Below are positions 20,010 through 29,610 of a DNA stretch of 64,000 nucleotides, one piece after another (positions within the stretch are counted from its first letter, which is position 1; each line of letters begins with the position of its first letter). Both the position numbers and the translations under genes were made by a program. Below the pieces are notes generated by a model, which was not told where the DNA came from, searched no databases, and worked only from the letters and a program-made list of their open reading frames with translations. Source of the stretch: an uncultured Desulfarculus sp. Its GTDB lineage: Bacteria; Desulfobacterota; Desulfarculia; Desulfarculales; Desulfarculaceae. The stretch spans positions 1,632,001 to 1,696,000 of the forward strand of contig CAXXUK010000001.1 in assembly GCA_963665125.2 (NCBI GenBank), given 5' to 3'.

Positions 20010-21182
20010 CTACGGGGCCACGGTATAGGTGGCGTCGGCCCGCTGCTTCAGGGCCTTGACGGCCAAACCACGCACGCCCACGGCCTCCCAGCTTGCAGCC
20101 TTTTCCGGCTCGGTGGTGGCCAGGGCCACGATTTTTTCCACGCCCGGCGGCGGCGTGACCACCAGATCAAAGGCGTGTTCCGGGCCGGGCACGGTGTAGG
20201 CGCGGCCGCCGACGACCATGTTCAATCTTCCCAAGCGGTTGGGGAAAATCAGGCTGAGCCTGCCGTCGGCTGATTGGTGATACAGATACAGATAGCAATC
20301 CCGGTTGGCCTGGAAATGCACCTTGAGGCTGTCGCCGACGCGATAGACGTTTTTATCGGTCCAAACCCTCACCGTAAGGGGCGCGGCCCTGTCCGAGGCG
20401 GCCACCGGCAGGGCCTGATTCTTGTCGCGCACCAGTGGTATGCGAAGGGTGGTGTTGCCGCTCAGGTACAGGCCCCGGTTTATGGTCTGATAGCCCGGCG
20501 CGGTGATGGTCAGAACCCGGGAGCCCTGGTTGGCGTTGCGGAATACGGCCCGGCCGCCCACGGCGCCCTCTTCGCGGCTGTCGAGCATCAGCGCCGCGCC
20601 GCTGGCGGCGGGCTCCAGGACCACGGTCAGATCGGCCTTGAGGGGCCGTTGCATCATGGCCGCGAAGCCGGCGTCGGCTATGCGGGCCTGGCTGGCCCCG
20701 ACGATGCGGCCGGTCTCAACGGAAATGACCTTGAACGAGGCCAGCACGACCCCATGGCCCAGGTTCCAGATGCGGCCCATGATCAGGGCGTCAACCCCGG
20801 CCTTGTGGCCCAGGGGTACCACCGTGGCCGGATCGAATTGGGCCGAGAGTTCAAGCTGCTGCTGCAAAATGATCTCGTTGAGCCTGCGGCGCTCCATGAT
20901 CTGGGCCACGCCCGGTTTTTGGGACAGGCGGGCGCTGAGTTGGTCCGAGATGAACAGCGACAGTTCGCTAAGGTTGCCCTCCGGGTCCAGGGGGTCCATC
21001 ACGGCCAGGCGTTGGGCTCCGGCCTTGTTTATGCCGGCCATCAGGCCGTCGGCCAGCTTGCCCACCGCGTCCTCGGCGGCGGCCTCTGGCTTGACCGCAT
21101 CGTTGATGCCCACCGCCGCGGCGCAGCCCGAAAAGGCCAGACAGCACATCAAAATCAAGGTCAGCGATAACTTGGCTTTCAT
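20010..21182 (-). CDS. Lipoprotein: FlgO/CsgG-like + PEGA-like + DUF4384
   Basis: Lipobox LAFSG/C; MERRRLNEI..Q, G...GVDALI.G, VETGRIV; WTDK.VYRVGD, DCYLYL, LIFPN, P.G.E.I. Confidence 0.8.
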   Translation of the reverse strand: MKAKLSLTLILMCCLAFSGCAAAVGINDAVKPEAAAEDAVGKLADGLMAGINKAGAQRLAVMDPLDPEGNLSELSLFISDQLSARLSQKPGVAQIMERRRLNEIILQQQLELSAQFDPATVVPLGHKAGVDALIMGRIWNLGHGVVLASFKVISVETGRIVGASQARIADAGFAAMMQRPLKADLTVVLEPAASGAALMLDSREEGAVGGRAVFRNANQGSRVLTITAPGYQTINRGLYLSGNTTLRIPLVRDKNQALPVAASDRAAPLTVRVWTDKNVYRVGDSLKVHFQANRDCYLYLYHQSADGRLSLIFPNRLGRLNMVVGGRAYTVPGPEHAFDLVVTPPPGVEKIVALATTEPEKAASWEAVGVRGLAVKALKQRADATYTVAP

Positions 21183-23089
21183 AGGTCGTCTCCGCCAGGC
21201 CCGCCGCCCGAACGCCATAACCGCGTCAGGCCGCCTGAATCGATGGTCACCAGCATGCGGCGCCAAACCGCCGGTCCCGCGCCAAAAGATCCTTGAGTAT
21301 CCAGACGCTGCCGCAGCTTGCCGTCTTTCAGGTCCAACAGATAAATTTTTCCTTGTCTGCCGCAAAGCACCACCTGCCGGGCCGTCAGGGCCGGCGGCGC
21401 GGTGATTGCCTCTGGCAAGTGGACCTGCCACAAAACCCCGCCTTCGGCGCTATTCAGCAGCCAAACGCCGCCCTGCACCGAGGCCAGGGCCAGGCAATCT
21501 TCGCCCAATGCCGGTCCGGCGGCCAACATCTGGCCGGTGTCTGTTTTCCAAAGGATCGAGCCGTCTTCGGCAGAGAGGCAAAACACCCTGCCCTCAAGGG
21601 TATTGCAATACACTTTTGTATCTTGGCCCGCCGGGGCGGCCTCCAGGGTGCCGCCTATGTGCTTGCGCCACAATTCGGCCCCGTTGGCCGGGTCCACGGC
21701 CAAAAGCAAACCATAGCGCCCGGCCAGGATCATGCGCCCTCCCACAAGCAGCGGCTCGGCCTCCATGGCCTGGCCTAGGTGCCATTGGCGCAGAACCGAC
21801 CCGTCCCGGCCGTCGAGGATGAAGGACCTGCCGTCAAGGCAGGCCACGGCCAGCCCGTCGCCGCTGATCTGGGGTCCGGCCCACATCTCGCCGCCCGGCT
21901 TGGTCTGCCAAATAATATGACCGCTGTCGGCATCAAAGACGCGAATCGCGCCGTCGTGCCAGCAGGCCGCCACCACACCGGCTGCCGCCACGGGCTGGGC
22001 AAAGGCCGGGGAAGGCCCCTGCCAGCGCCACATCAACTGTCCGCTGAGCAGATCCAGGGCCGTGAGCCAGCCGCTGTTGTCTCCAAAAAAGACCGCGCCC
22101 CGGCTTACGGCCGGAGACGAAAAAACAGCAGCCCCGGCGGAATATTGCCAGGCCGGGGACAGATCATCGGCCAGATCGCCGCAGACCACGCCACTCCTGC
22201 CGGGACCTGCCCGGAAAACCGACCAGTCGTCGGCCTCCATGGTGGGCAGGTGGATGGTGTCCAGGCTGGCCTTTGCCGTTATCCGAACCAGGGCCCGTTC
22301 CAGCAGGTCCGCCGCATCCCGGGCGGATTTGGGCCGGTTGTCCGGCGATGGCTCCAGCAGGCGGCCCAGCACATCCAATAACGGCTGGGGGGCCTTGTCC
22401 CGCAGATCATCCAAAAGCCGGTCCGGGCCCTGCCGGGCCTGGGTCAGGCCCTGGAATTCATCCACCGAATTAAAAGGAGCCCTGCCGCCGAGCATATGGG
22501 CCAGCAAACAGCCCACGGCCCAGACATCGCTGGCCGGGGACCAGCGGCCGCCAAACTGCTCTGGGGCCATATAGCCCGGCGAGCCCGCCACGGGCCCTGA
22601 ACCGTGACCGGATTTATCCAAGACGGCGGCCAGGCCGAAATCGGCCACCTTGACCGTCCGGTCCCGGCCGAAAAGGACATTGTCCGGCTTTAAATCGCGG
22701 TGGACCACGCCGCGTTCGTGGGCCAAAGTCAGGGCCGCCAGGACCTGCCGGGCAATGTCCGCCGCCTGTTGATAGTCCACTACGCCCGAGGAAAGCAGTT
22801 CGGTCAGGCTGCCGCCCGGCGCGTATTCCGTGACCATGAACAGGCAGCCGTCATGGCGGCCAACGTCGTGTATTTGGATAATGTTGGGGTGTTCCAGGGA
22901 GGCCTGCAACACGGCCTCCTCCAGGCCCGACGGCCCGGAAACATCGTGATTTAGCAATTTTATGGCCCGGTTGGCCTGCAACTCGGGGTGGACGGCCAGA
23001 TACACCCGGCCGTAGGCACCGCGCCCGAGCAAACGCTCCACACGGTACTTGCCAATGGTCTGCGGCGTATCAGCGCTCCTGCTGTCCAT
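21179..23089 (-). CDS. Ser/Thr protein kinase with PQQ-like beta-propeller (AfsK-like)
   Basis: GRGAYG, AIK, HRDLKPDN, DFG, YMAPE; ~8 PQQ/BamB-type repeats; no TM. Confidence 0.93.
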   Translation of the reverse strand: MDSRSADTPQTIGKYRVERLLGRGAYGRVYLAVHPELQANRAIKLLNHDVSGPSGLEEAVLQASLEHPNIIQIHDVGRHDGCLFMVTEYAPGGSLTELLSSGVVDYQQAADIARQVLAALTLAHERGVVHRDLKPDNVLFGRDRTVKVADFGLAAVLDKSGHGSGPVAGSPGYMAPEQFGGRWSPASDVWAVGCLLAHMLGGRAPFNSVDEFQGLTQARQGPDRLLDDLRDKAPQPLLDVLGRLLEPSPDNRPKSARDAADLLERALVRITAKASLDTIHLPTMEADDWSVFRAGPGRSGVVCGDLADDLSPAWQYSAGAAVFSSPAVSRGAVFFGDNSGWLTALDLLSGQLMWRWQGPSPAFAQPVAAAGVVAACWHDGAIRVFDADSGHIIWQTKPGGEMWAGPQISGDGLAVACLDGRSFILDGRDGSVLRQWHLGQAMEAEPLLVGGRMILAGRYGLLLAVDPANGAELWRKHIGGTLEAAPAGQDTKVYCNTLEGRVFCLSAEDGSILWKTDTGQMLAAGPALGEDCLALASVQGGVWLLNSAEGGVLWQVHLPEAITAPPALTARQVVLCGRQGKIYLLDLKDGKLRQRLDTQGSFGAGPAVWRRMLVTIDSGGLTRLWRSGGGPGGDDL

Positions 23090-23603
23090 TTTCGCCGTCT
23101 GGGTCCTTGTCCGATCGGTCGGCCTGCTGATCTTCCACGTCCGTGGCATCGTCGCGGATGGCCATGGCCGCGCCGGTCTGGGGCGCCGCGCCGGTGATCT
23201 TCTCAGCCAGGTCCCGGGCCTTTTCCGCGCCCATGCGGCCCACTACTCCCAGGCTTTTGGCCACCCGTCCGGCCAAATGGGCCCTGCGCTGGGCGGCCAC
23301 GGCCTTTTGTAGCTCCCCCGGCAGTTCAAGGGTCTCGTCGGGCAGAGGCGGCAGGGGTTCATCATCAACGGCCCCGAAGACCTGGTCGGCCATACGGCCA
23401 AGCGCCGCCTGGTCTTGAGCGGTTTCTTTGGCCATATCCGCGGCCTTGCCGACCATTTCAACACCGGCCCGCAATGCCGCCAGTTCCTCACGCAGGTCGT
23501 CCGACTTTTGCAGCATGGCCTCAACCTCCACCCTGTCGGCGGCGCTGAGCCTTTTTTCAATATACGCCAGCAAATCGGGTTTTTCAGCGTGCATGATCAT
23601 CAC
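23070..23603 (-). CDS. Putative soluble anti-sigma factor
   Basis: LLAYIEKRLS..R..VE..L.....REEL..L anti-sigma-domain pattern lacking Zn ligands; coupled to sigma gene. Confidence 0.7.
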   Translation of the reverse strand: MMIMHAEKPDLLAYIEKRLSAADRVEVEAMLQKSDDLREELAALRAGVEMVGKAADMAKETAQDQAALGRMADQVFGAVDDEPLPPLPDETLELPGELQKAVAAQRRAHLAGRVAKSLGVVGRMGAEKARDLAEKITGAAPQTGAAMAIRDDATDVEDQQADRSDKDPDGENGQQER

Positions 23604-24211
23604 TCCATCATACCGGCCAAACGGTCAAATCCGGGCAAGGCGCGCAGCCGTTCCAGACAGCGCTTTATCTGCACGGAAATGGTGTTAACCGGTACATCCA
23701 AGACGTCGGCCATCTCCTTGTAGCTGTGCAACAACCCCATGCGGTAGCGGATGTAGACACCCATCACGCCTTCGCAATACGCCGGCAGCTCGGTGATGAG
23801 TCCGGCCAGGCTCTCCAGGGCCAGCCGGGCCCCTGCCTGATCTTCGGGCGTATGACAGCCGGTATCCATAATGTCCAGCAGGCCGGGCCCGTCTTCATCA
23901 TCACCGCCGGCCAGAGGCTGATCCAGGGAAACCTCCCGGCCGCTCTTGCGCAGACGGCTGATCACTTCGTTGGTCACCGCTCGCCGCACATAGCCGAGAA
24001 AGGCCTTTGGTTCCCGCAGGGCCTCCAGGCCGCCGCTCAAAAGCTTCAGGCACACCTGCTGGGCCGCGTCCTCGGCCTCGGAAGGCAGCTTGGCTGCGGC
24101 CAGATCGCGGCACCAGGTGTAGAGCTTGCGCCAGGCCCGGTCATCCCCCGCCAGGCACAGCTCGTGGATTTTGGCGGCTTCGGCCGCCTTTGAGCCGCTA
24201 TCTGAACTCAT
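23600..24211 (-). CDS. ECF sigma factor
   Basis: GD..AW..LY, EAEDAAQ, region 4 SYKEMA..L.VP.NTI...IKRC..RLR. Confidence 0.92.
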   Translation of the reverse strand: MSSDSGSKAAEAAKIHELCLAGDDRAWRKLYTWCRDLAAAKLPSEAEDAAQQVCLKLLSGGLEALREPKAFLGYVRRAVTNEVISRLRKSGREVSLDQPLAGGDDEDGPGLLDIMDTGCHTPEDQAGARLALESLAGLITELPAYCEGVMGVYIRYRMGLLHSYKEMADVLDVPVNTISVQIKRCLERLRALPGFDRLAGMME

Positions 24212-24239
24212 GACGCCAAATCCGTTTGCTTTCTTTCCA

Positions 24240-25592
24240 TCAACTCAGCCATTCCAGCCAACTTATTTCAATTTCCGCGGCGGACGGAGGATCGCCCCCG
24301 GCCGCTTGTCTTAGCATATCACGCACCGCGCCCCAGCCGTTTTTTTCCACTATATATTGCGCCACGCTGAAAGCCTGGGCATAGGCAAGGTCCACAAGCG
24401 CCCGGTCCTCCAACATGGACCAATCGGAAGCCAGCACCTCCAGGGGCAACAGGGCACCGGCGGCCAGGGCGTTTTGCAGGGCCCGGACATCGGCCGGCCG
24501 CAGGTTCTGGGTGATGTATTGGGCCAGGCCCTCATCCAACCAGCGGGGGCATTTGCCGCCCGAAAGCCTGTCCACGGCCAGGTGCACGTATTCATGGGCC
24601 AGGGCCACGGGCAGAAACACCGGGTCACTGTTTTCAAAGGCCTCAGCCCGCAACAGAATTTCACCATTGTACAGGGCCGCCGCGCCTTGCGGACCTGGCC
24701 ACTGCTCGGAAGCCAGGCTTACCGCAACGTCCGTGGGCTTGTAATCCAAAAAGCCTTCCACCGTCTCGGCCGCTCTGACCAGCATGGCGTGGGCCCGCAA
24801 CACCAAATCACCCTGACCGGGCGCGAGAAACGATATATTGAACGGCCCCGCCTGGAGCTTGGCGGGCTCATCGTTCACCTGCGGGGTGTCGTTCCCGCCG
24901 CCGTCCATTATCCGGCTGATCTTGCCGAACACGTCTAGCTTAGTGTCCAGGCGGCGCAGGGCCTTGGCCGACTCGACCCGGTCCATTCCCGCCGCGGCCG
25001 CTCCGTCCCAGGCCCGGCGGGCCTGATCCAGGCTGCCCAAAGCCTCCAGGGCCATGGCCTCCAGGGCAACCGAGCGGGGATCGCCGGGATTCAGGGCCAT
25101 TGCCCGGCGGGCGGCATCCAATGCCGTTGACGCATCTCCGGCATCAAGAGCGGCCTGGGCATGGGCCCGTTGGGACGCCGCCAGCTTGGGCGCCGCCACG
25201 GCCCAATCACGGCAGATGGGCGGCATTTCACCAGTCCGGCCCGCCGCGCGCATCGCGCCCAACATGTGCAGCATCTCGTCCACGGGCGCATCGGCGGAGT
25301 CCACAATGCTGACACTCAACCGCCAACCGGCCAGGCCGATCTCCCGGCCCAACTCGATATCCGCTGCCCGCACCTTTTCACCGCCGATTATCACGCCGCT
25401 CAAAGAGCCCATGTCGTTGACGAGGACCCTGCCGCCTTTTATATCCAGGCGGGCGTGCACGGCGCTGACGGCCCGGTCGGCGATCCGCACCCAGCAGGCG
25501 GGAGAGCGTCCCACGGAAAAGGTCATTTCCGGACACAGCCGCCATCGGGATTGGCCCAGGGCCGGTGTTATGCAAACGCGTGGAAATTTCAT
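24240..25592 (-). CDS. FHA - TPR - zincin (peptidase MA-like) protein
   Basis: VGRS..C, VSAVHARL, DMGSLSG (FHA); TPR helices; HEYVH + PRWLDEGLAQY + LAYAQA; no signal peptide. Confidence 0.85.
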   Translation of the reverse strand: MKFPRVCITPALGQSRWRLCPEMTFSVGRSPACWVRIADRAVSAVHARLDIKGGRVLVNDMGSLSGVIIGGEKVRAADIELGREIGLAGWRLSVSIVDSADAPVDEMLHMLGAMRAAGRTGEMPPICRDWAVAAPKLAASQRAHAQAALDAGDASTALDAARRAMALNPGDPRSVALEAMALEALGSLDQARRAWDGAAAAGMDRVESAKALRRLDTKLDVFGKISRIMDGGGNDTPQVNDEPAKLQAGPFNISFLAPGQGDLVLRAHAMLVRAAETVEGFLDYKPTDVAVSLASEQWPGPQGAAALYNGEILLRAEAFENSDPVFLPVALAHEYVHLAVDRLSGGKCPRWLDEGLAQYITQNLRPADVRALQNALAAGALLPLEVLASDWSMLEDRALVDLAYAQAFSVAQYIVEKNGWGAVRDMLRQAAGGDPPSAAEIEISWLEWLS

Positions 25593-25717
25593 AGCTTTAC
25601 AACCTGTTGAAAACTTATAGCATCGGCTCGAACCACCAGGCAAGAAACTTGGCTCCCGGAAAGAAAAACCAAGCTGCATACGTCTTCATTCAACAAGCGG
25701 GAAAAGGGAGGTCAACC

Positions 25718-26356
25718 GTGGAATTGCGTCCCAAGGAAATCGCCAAGCTTCTGCAAAAGGCCTTGCGCCGGGATTGCCTGCGCCTGATCTATAAGGTATT
25801 GGCTCCCCAGCTCTTTCTGGTGCACCTGCCCGAGGGGATTACCAGCCAGTGGCGGCCATTCATCCCCTTGTTGGAGCGTGAGCTGGCCGACCATCTGGAC
25901 CTGGCCGCCCACAAGCTGGGCGTGGAGACGCCGCCCGGCGGGTTTATCGTGCGCATCACGGGCACGGGCTCCACCGGAAAACGGCCGCTGGTCACCAGTT
26001 CATTTATTCCGCTAAGCGTCAAAGAACCCCAGTTGGTGTCCGTGGCGGGCCTTACGCCCGGCATCGGCTTTTCCCTGCGCCTGCCCGAATCGATCATCGG
26101 CCGGGGAGAGGTGGATGTGGCCCTGCCCGACGACTACACGTTTGTCTCCCGCCGCCATGCCCGGCTCAGCCTGTCCCATGACGGTTGGAGCATCGAAGAC
26201 CTGGGCAGCCGCACCGGCGTGTTCGTCAACCAGCGGCCCATGGGCATTTGCGGCCTCAAGGGCGGAGACGTCATCGGACTTGGGAACGTATCGCTTCGCC
26301 TGTGCCTGCCGGCGGGCAAGCATCCGGAGGAGGATCATGAACCAGGCGCTGCCTAG
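25718..26356 (+). CDS. FhaA-like protein (DUF3662-like + FHA)
   Basis: GGGAGG RBS + GTG; LRP.EIAK.L...AP..F.V.L N-domain; IGRG, VSRRHARL, EDLGS..G.FVN. Confidence 0.85.
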   Translation: MELRPKEIAKLLQKALRRDCLRLIYKVLAPQLFLVHLPEGITSQWRPFIPLLERELADHLDLAAHKLGVETPPGGFIVRITGTGSTGKRPLVTSSFIPLSVKEPQLVSVAGLTPGIGFSLRLPESIIGRGEVDVALPDDYTFVSRRHARLSLSHDGWSIEDLGSRTGVFVNQRPMGICGLKGGDVIGLGNVSLRLCLPAGKHPEEDHEPGAA

Positions 26357-27845
26357 ACAGCAATCCATGTTGTGGTCCGCCCCGGCCTACATGGCCGGGA
26401 TCATGAGCGCCGCCGGCACGGCCGGTTTCGTAGTCTGTGCGGTGCGCATGGCCAACGGGCTTTGGGCCTATTCGGACATGCGCCAGGCCTTTGCCCTGCT
26501 GTTGTGGTCGGCCGTGCTGGCCCTGGCCGCCGGCGGCCTGCGGCGAAAGGGACCTCCCGCCTGGCTGTGGACAGCGGGCCTGGCTGCGGTTTGCGGGGCC
26601 TGTCTAGCAGCTTATTCCGGCCTGTGCATTCGCCAGATATTGGAGGCCTCTTGGCAGGGCCTTTTGCAGTGGGCCACGCCGGTGCTGTTGGCCATGGGTT
26701 CGGTGGCCGGAGCCCTTTTGGTCCTACGGGCCGCCGGGGTGCGCAGCGACTCTATTTTGGCCGGCTGCCTGATGCTGCTCAGCGGCCTGAGCGTGGTGCT
26801 GCTTGGCCGCATCGGGGCCGAAATCACCGCCGCCGGACGCCAGGATGTCCTGGCCACCTTGGCCCTGCGCCAGGCGGGCTGGATCGCCGCCGGATCGGTG
26901 GCCATGATGGCCACGGCCCTGTGGACCACGCCCCGCCGCCAAGTTCGAATCGCCCGGCGCAAACTGCTTTTGCCAATCGCCGCGGCCCTGCTGTTGGCCG
27001 CCACCTGGCTCTTCGGCCCGATGATCAACGGCCGCCGTCTGTGGCTGGTCATGGGCGGGCTTAGCATCCAGACCGTGGAGGTGGTCAAGGCCATGATGGT
27101 GCTGTTCGCCGCCGGATACTTTGCCGTGGAACTGCCCCAACTCAGCGGCGGGCCGGGTTCGAAGTTCGTGAGCACCAGCCGCTCGGCCGGGCCCATGCTG
27201 CTGATGATGGCCCTGCCCCTTGCCGCCCTGGTGGTCATGCGCGACTTCGGCCCCACCCTGCTGCTGCTGGGTTTCATGATCGGCATCTACTTTCTGGCCA
27301 CGGGCCAGATCAGGCTGCCCTTCGCCTCGGTGGCCGCGGCGGCCTCCCTGGGTTGGCTGGGCCTGGTCATGGGCTGGCCGCCGGTGTTGGAAGCCAGGGT
27401 CCGGGCCCTGTTGGAACCATTCAGCGCCTGTGAACAGCTCAGCCGGGGAATCTGGTCCATCGCCGCTGGCGGACTTTGGGGCTCGGGCCTGGGCATGGGG
27501 CGGCCCCAGACAGTGCCCCTGGCCTATTCCGACTTTGTCTTCGCCGCCTGGTGCGAGGAGACCGGGCTGGTGGGCGGCCTGGCCTTGTTGGCCGTGTTCG
27601 CCCTGCTCTGCGGCCGCCTGCTGGTGTCCGGATCAAGACTCAGGCCCCTTGCCAGGCTGACCGTGGCGGGCATCGGCCTTTTGCTGGCCCTCCAGGCCGT
27701 ACTGGTCATGGGCGGCGTCAGCGGCCTGATCCCCCTGGCCGGTCTGACTCTGCCGTTCGTGTCCTACGGCGGCAGTTCCATGGTCGTCAACATGGCCTTG
27801 ATTGGCCTGGTGCTGCGGATGTTGAGCGATGCAAGGCGGGATTAA
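26337..27845 (+). CDS. rodA: SEDS (RodA/FtsW) peptidoglycan glycosyltransferase
   Basis: NG.R.W, SIQ..E..K, RDFG, GG.WG.G.G.G, SDFVFAA..EE.G, IPL.G.TLPFVSYGGSS; symbol by operon analogy. Confidence 0.92.
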   Translation: MNQALPRQQSMLWSAPAYMAGIMSAAGTAGFVVCAVRMANGLWAYSDMRQAFALLLWSAVLALAAGGLRRKGPPAWLWTAGLAAVCGACLAAYSGLCIRQILEASWQGLLQWATPVLLAMGSVAGALLVLRAAGVRSDSILAGCLMLLSGLSVVLLGRIGAEITAAGRQDVLATLALRQAGWIAAGSVAMMATALWTTPRRQVRIARRKLLLPIAAALLLAATWLFGPMINGRRLWLVMGGLSIQTVEVVKAMMVLFAAGYFAVELPQLSGGPGSKFVSTSRSAGPMLLMMALPLAALVVMRDFGPTLLLLGFMIGIYFLATGQIRLPFASVAAAASLGWLGLVMGWPPVLEARVRALLEPFSACEQLSRGIWSIAAGGLWGSGLGMGRPQTVPLAYSDFVFAAWCEETGLVGGLALLAVFALLCGRLLVSGSRLRPLARLTVAGIGLLLALQAVLVMGGVSGLIPLAGLTLPFVSYGGSSMVVNMALIGLVLRMLSDARRD

Positions 27846-29610
27846 TACGAGATTCATAGTCGCCGCCCTGCTGGTGGCGGTGAGCCTGGCCCTGGTTGGC
27901 GGGCGCATCTATTGGTTGCAGGTCGTGGACCGGGCCCAGGTTCTGGAACAGGGCTACGTCGACCAAAGCGAACTCGGGCGGATGAATATTCTGCTGGCCG
28001 CCGGCGTGTTCAGCCGCGGCCCCCAGGGCGAGGTGATCGTGAACAAACCCGCCCTGGCCAAGGCCGAACCGAACCAGGCCCTGCGGGCGCGATACGAAAG
28101 CCTCGCCGCGGCGGCTTATCTGCGGCCCGGCCAAAAGGAATTCGACCCGCGCCTGCTGCGCATCCTGCCACCCCAACGCCGTCTGGCCAAACCGATGATC
28201 CTGCGGGGCACCATCATGGACGCCGCAGGCAAGGCCCTGGCCTACAGCACGGCGGGCCGGGGCGGGGCCCAATCCCGCAGCTATGTCTTGGGCGCGGTCG
28301 GCATGTCGGCCCTTGGCTTTTACAATCCGGTGCATGGTTCAGGCGGCCTGGAACAGGAGTTGGAGCCCATACTCTCGGCCGCCAATCCGGCCGTGCCCGA
28401 TCTGGCCCTCAGCGGCCCGCCCTTCCGTTACAAGCTGGGTTGCAACGTGCGCCTTACCATAGACTCCCGCCTGCAAACCCTGGCCCACGAGCTGTTGGAA
28501 AGCCGCAGCGGAGCGGCGGTGCTGTTGGACATCAAGACCGGTGCAGTGGTCGCCGCCGCCGGATTTCCGGCCCTGGACCCGAATACCGAAGATTCGGAGA
28601 TATGGCGTCAGGCCCGCAGCCGGGACAAGGGCAGCCTTCTGTTGTCGCCGGCCTGGCAAAAGCGCTACCCGCCTGGCTCATGCTTCAAGCTGGTGCTGGC
28701 CGCCGCCTGGCTGGAGGCCAACCCCGGCAAACAGCCGCCGGTGATAGTGTGCCACGGCTATGACCCGGTGCTGCGCATTCACGACCTGCGGGCCCACGGC
28801 CGCACCGGCTTGGCCAACGCCATAACCCATTCCTGCAATGTCTACTTTGCCCGGCTGGGCCGGGATCTGGGGCCCAAAGTTAGAGAGATGGCCCAGCTCT
28901 TCGGCTTCAACCAGCAGACGGACCTGCTGCCGCGCATGCGCGACATAACCCTGGCCGCCGCCCCCAGCCTGGCCTATGCCTGGTTGAGCGAGCCCGGGGC
29001 CAAGGGTGGCGGCCTGCGCCTGTTCAATACATTCAAGCGGGATAAGAAGGTTGCCGCCCAATGCGCCATCGGCCAGAACCTGGTCTCGGCCACCTGCCTG
29101 CAAATGGCCATGGTGGCCCAAAGCATCGCCAACAAGGGTCTGTTGATGCCGCCGCACCTGGTGGCCGCCTTCCAGGACCCGGCCGACGGGGCCTGGCGGG
29201 AGCTTGCCCCGCCATCGGGCCGCAGGGTCACTGGCGCCGCAACGGCCAACGCGCTTTCAAAAATGATGAACTCCGTGCTTACCAACGGCACGGGCCGCCG
29301 CTCCAACCGGATGCTGGCCAAGGAGAACCGGGGCCAGGTGGCCGGGAAAACCGGCACCTCGGAAACCGGCGTCAAGGGGGAGCAGCCGCATTCCTGGTTT
29401 GTCGGTTTCGCCCCGGCGGATGAGCCTCGCTACGCCGTTGCCGTGGTAATCGAAAACGGCGGCCACGGCAGCCATGCGGCCGCTCCGGCGGCGGTGAGGC
29501 TGTTGGCAGGGGCCCTGGGCTGGCAGATACCCCAAGACAAAACAGAAAAATCGGAGAAGAAGGATGCCTCGTCTGACCCTGATGGACATGGCCATAGGCC
29601 AGGGGCTTGA
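27829..29610 (+). CDS. pbpA: Class B penicillin-binding protein (PbpA-like)
   Basis: N-terminal TM, RG.I.D..G..LA, SCFK (SxxK), SCN (SxN), KTGT, HSWFVGFAP; symbol by analogy. Confidence 0.92.
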   Translation: MQGGINTRFIVAALLVAVSLALVGGRIYWLQVVDRAQVLEQGYVDQSELGRMNILLAAGVFSRGPQGEVIVNKPALAKAEPNQALRARYESLAAAAYLRPGQKEFDPRLLRILPPQRRLAKPMILRGTIMDAAGKALAYSTAGRGGAQSRSYVLGAVGMSALGFYNPVHGSGGLEQELEPILSAANPAVPDLALSGPPFRYKLGCNVRLTIDSRLQTLAHELLESRSGAAVLLDIKTGAVVAAAGFPALDPNTEDSEIWRQARSRDKGSLLLSPAWQKRYPPGSCFKLVLAAAWLEANPGKQPPVIVCHGYDPVLRIHDLRAHGRTGLANAITHSCNVYFARLGRDLGPKVREMAQLFGFNQQTDLLPRMRDITLAAAPSLAYAWLSEPGAKGGGLRLFNTFKRDKKVAAQCAIGQNLVSATCLQMAMVAQSIANKGLLMPPHLVAAFQDPADGAWRELAPPSGRRVTGAATANALSKMMNSVLTNGTGRRSNRMLAKENRGQVAGKTGTSETGVKGEQPHSWFVGFAPADEPRYAVAVVIENGGHGSHAAAPAAVRLLAGALGWQIPQDKTEKSEKKDASSDPDGHGHRPGA

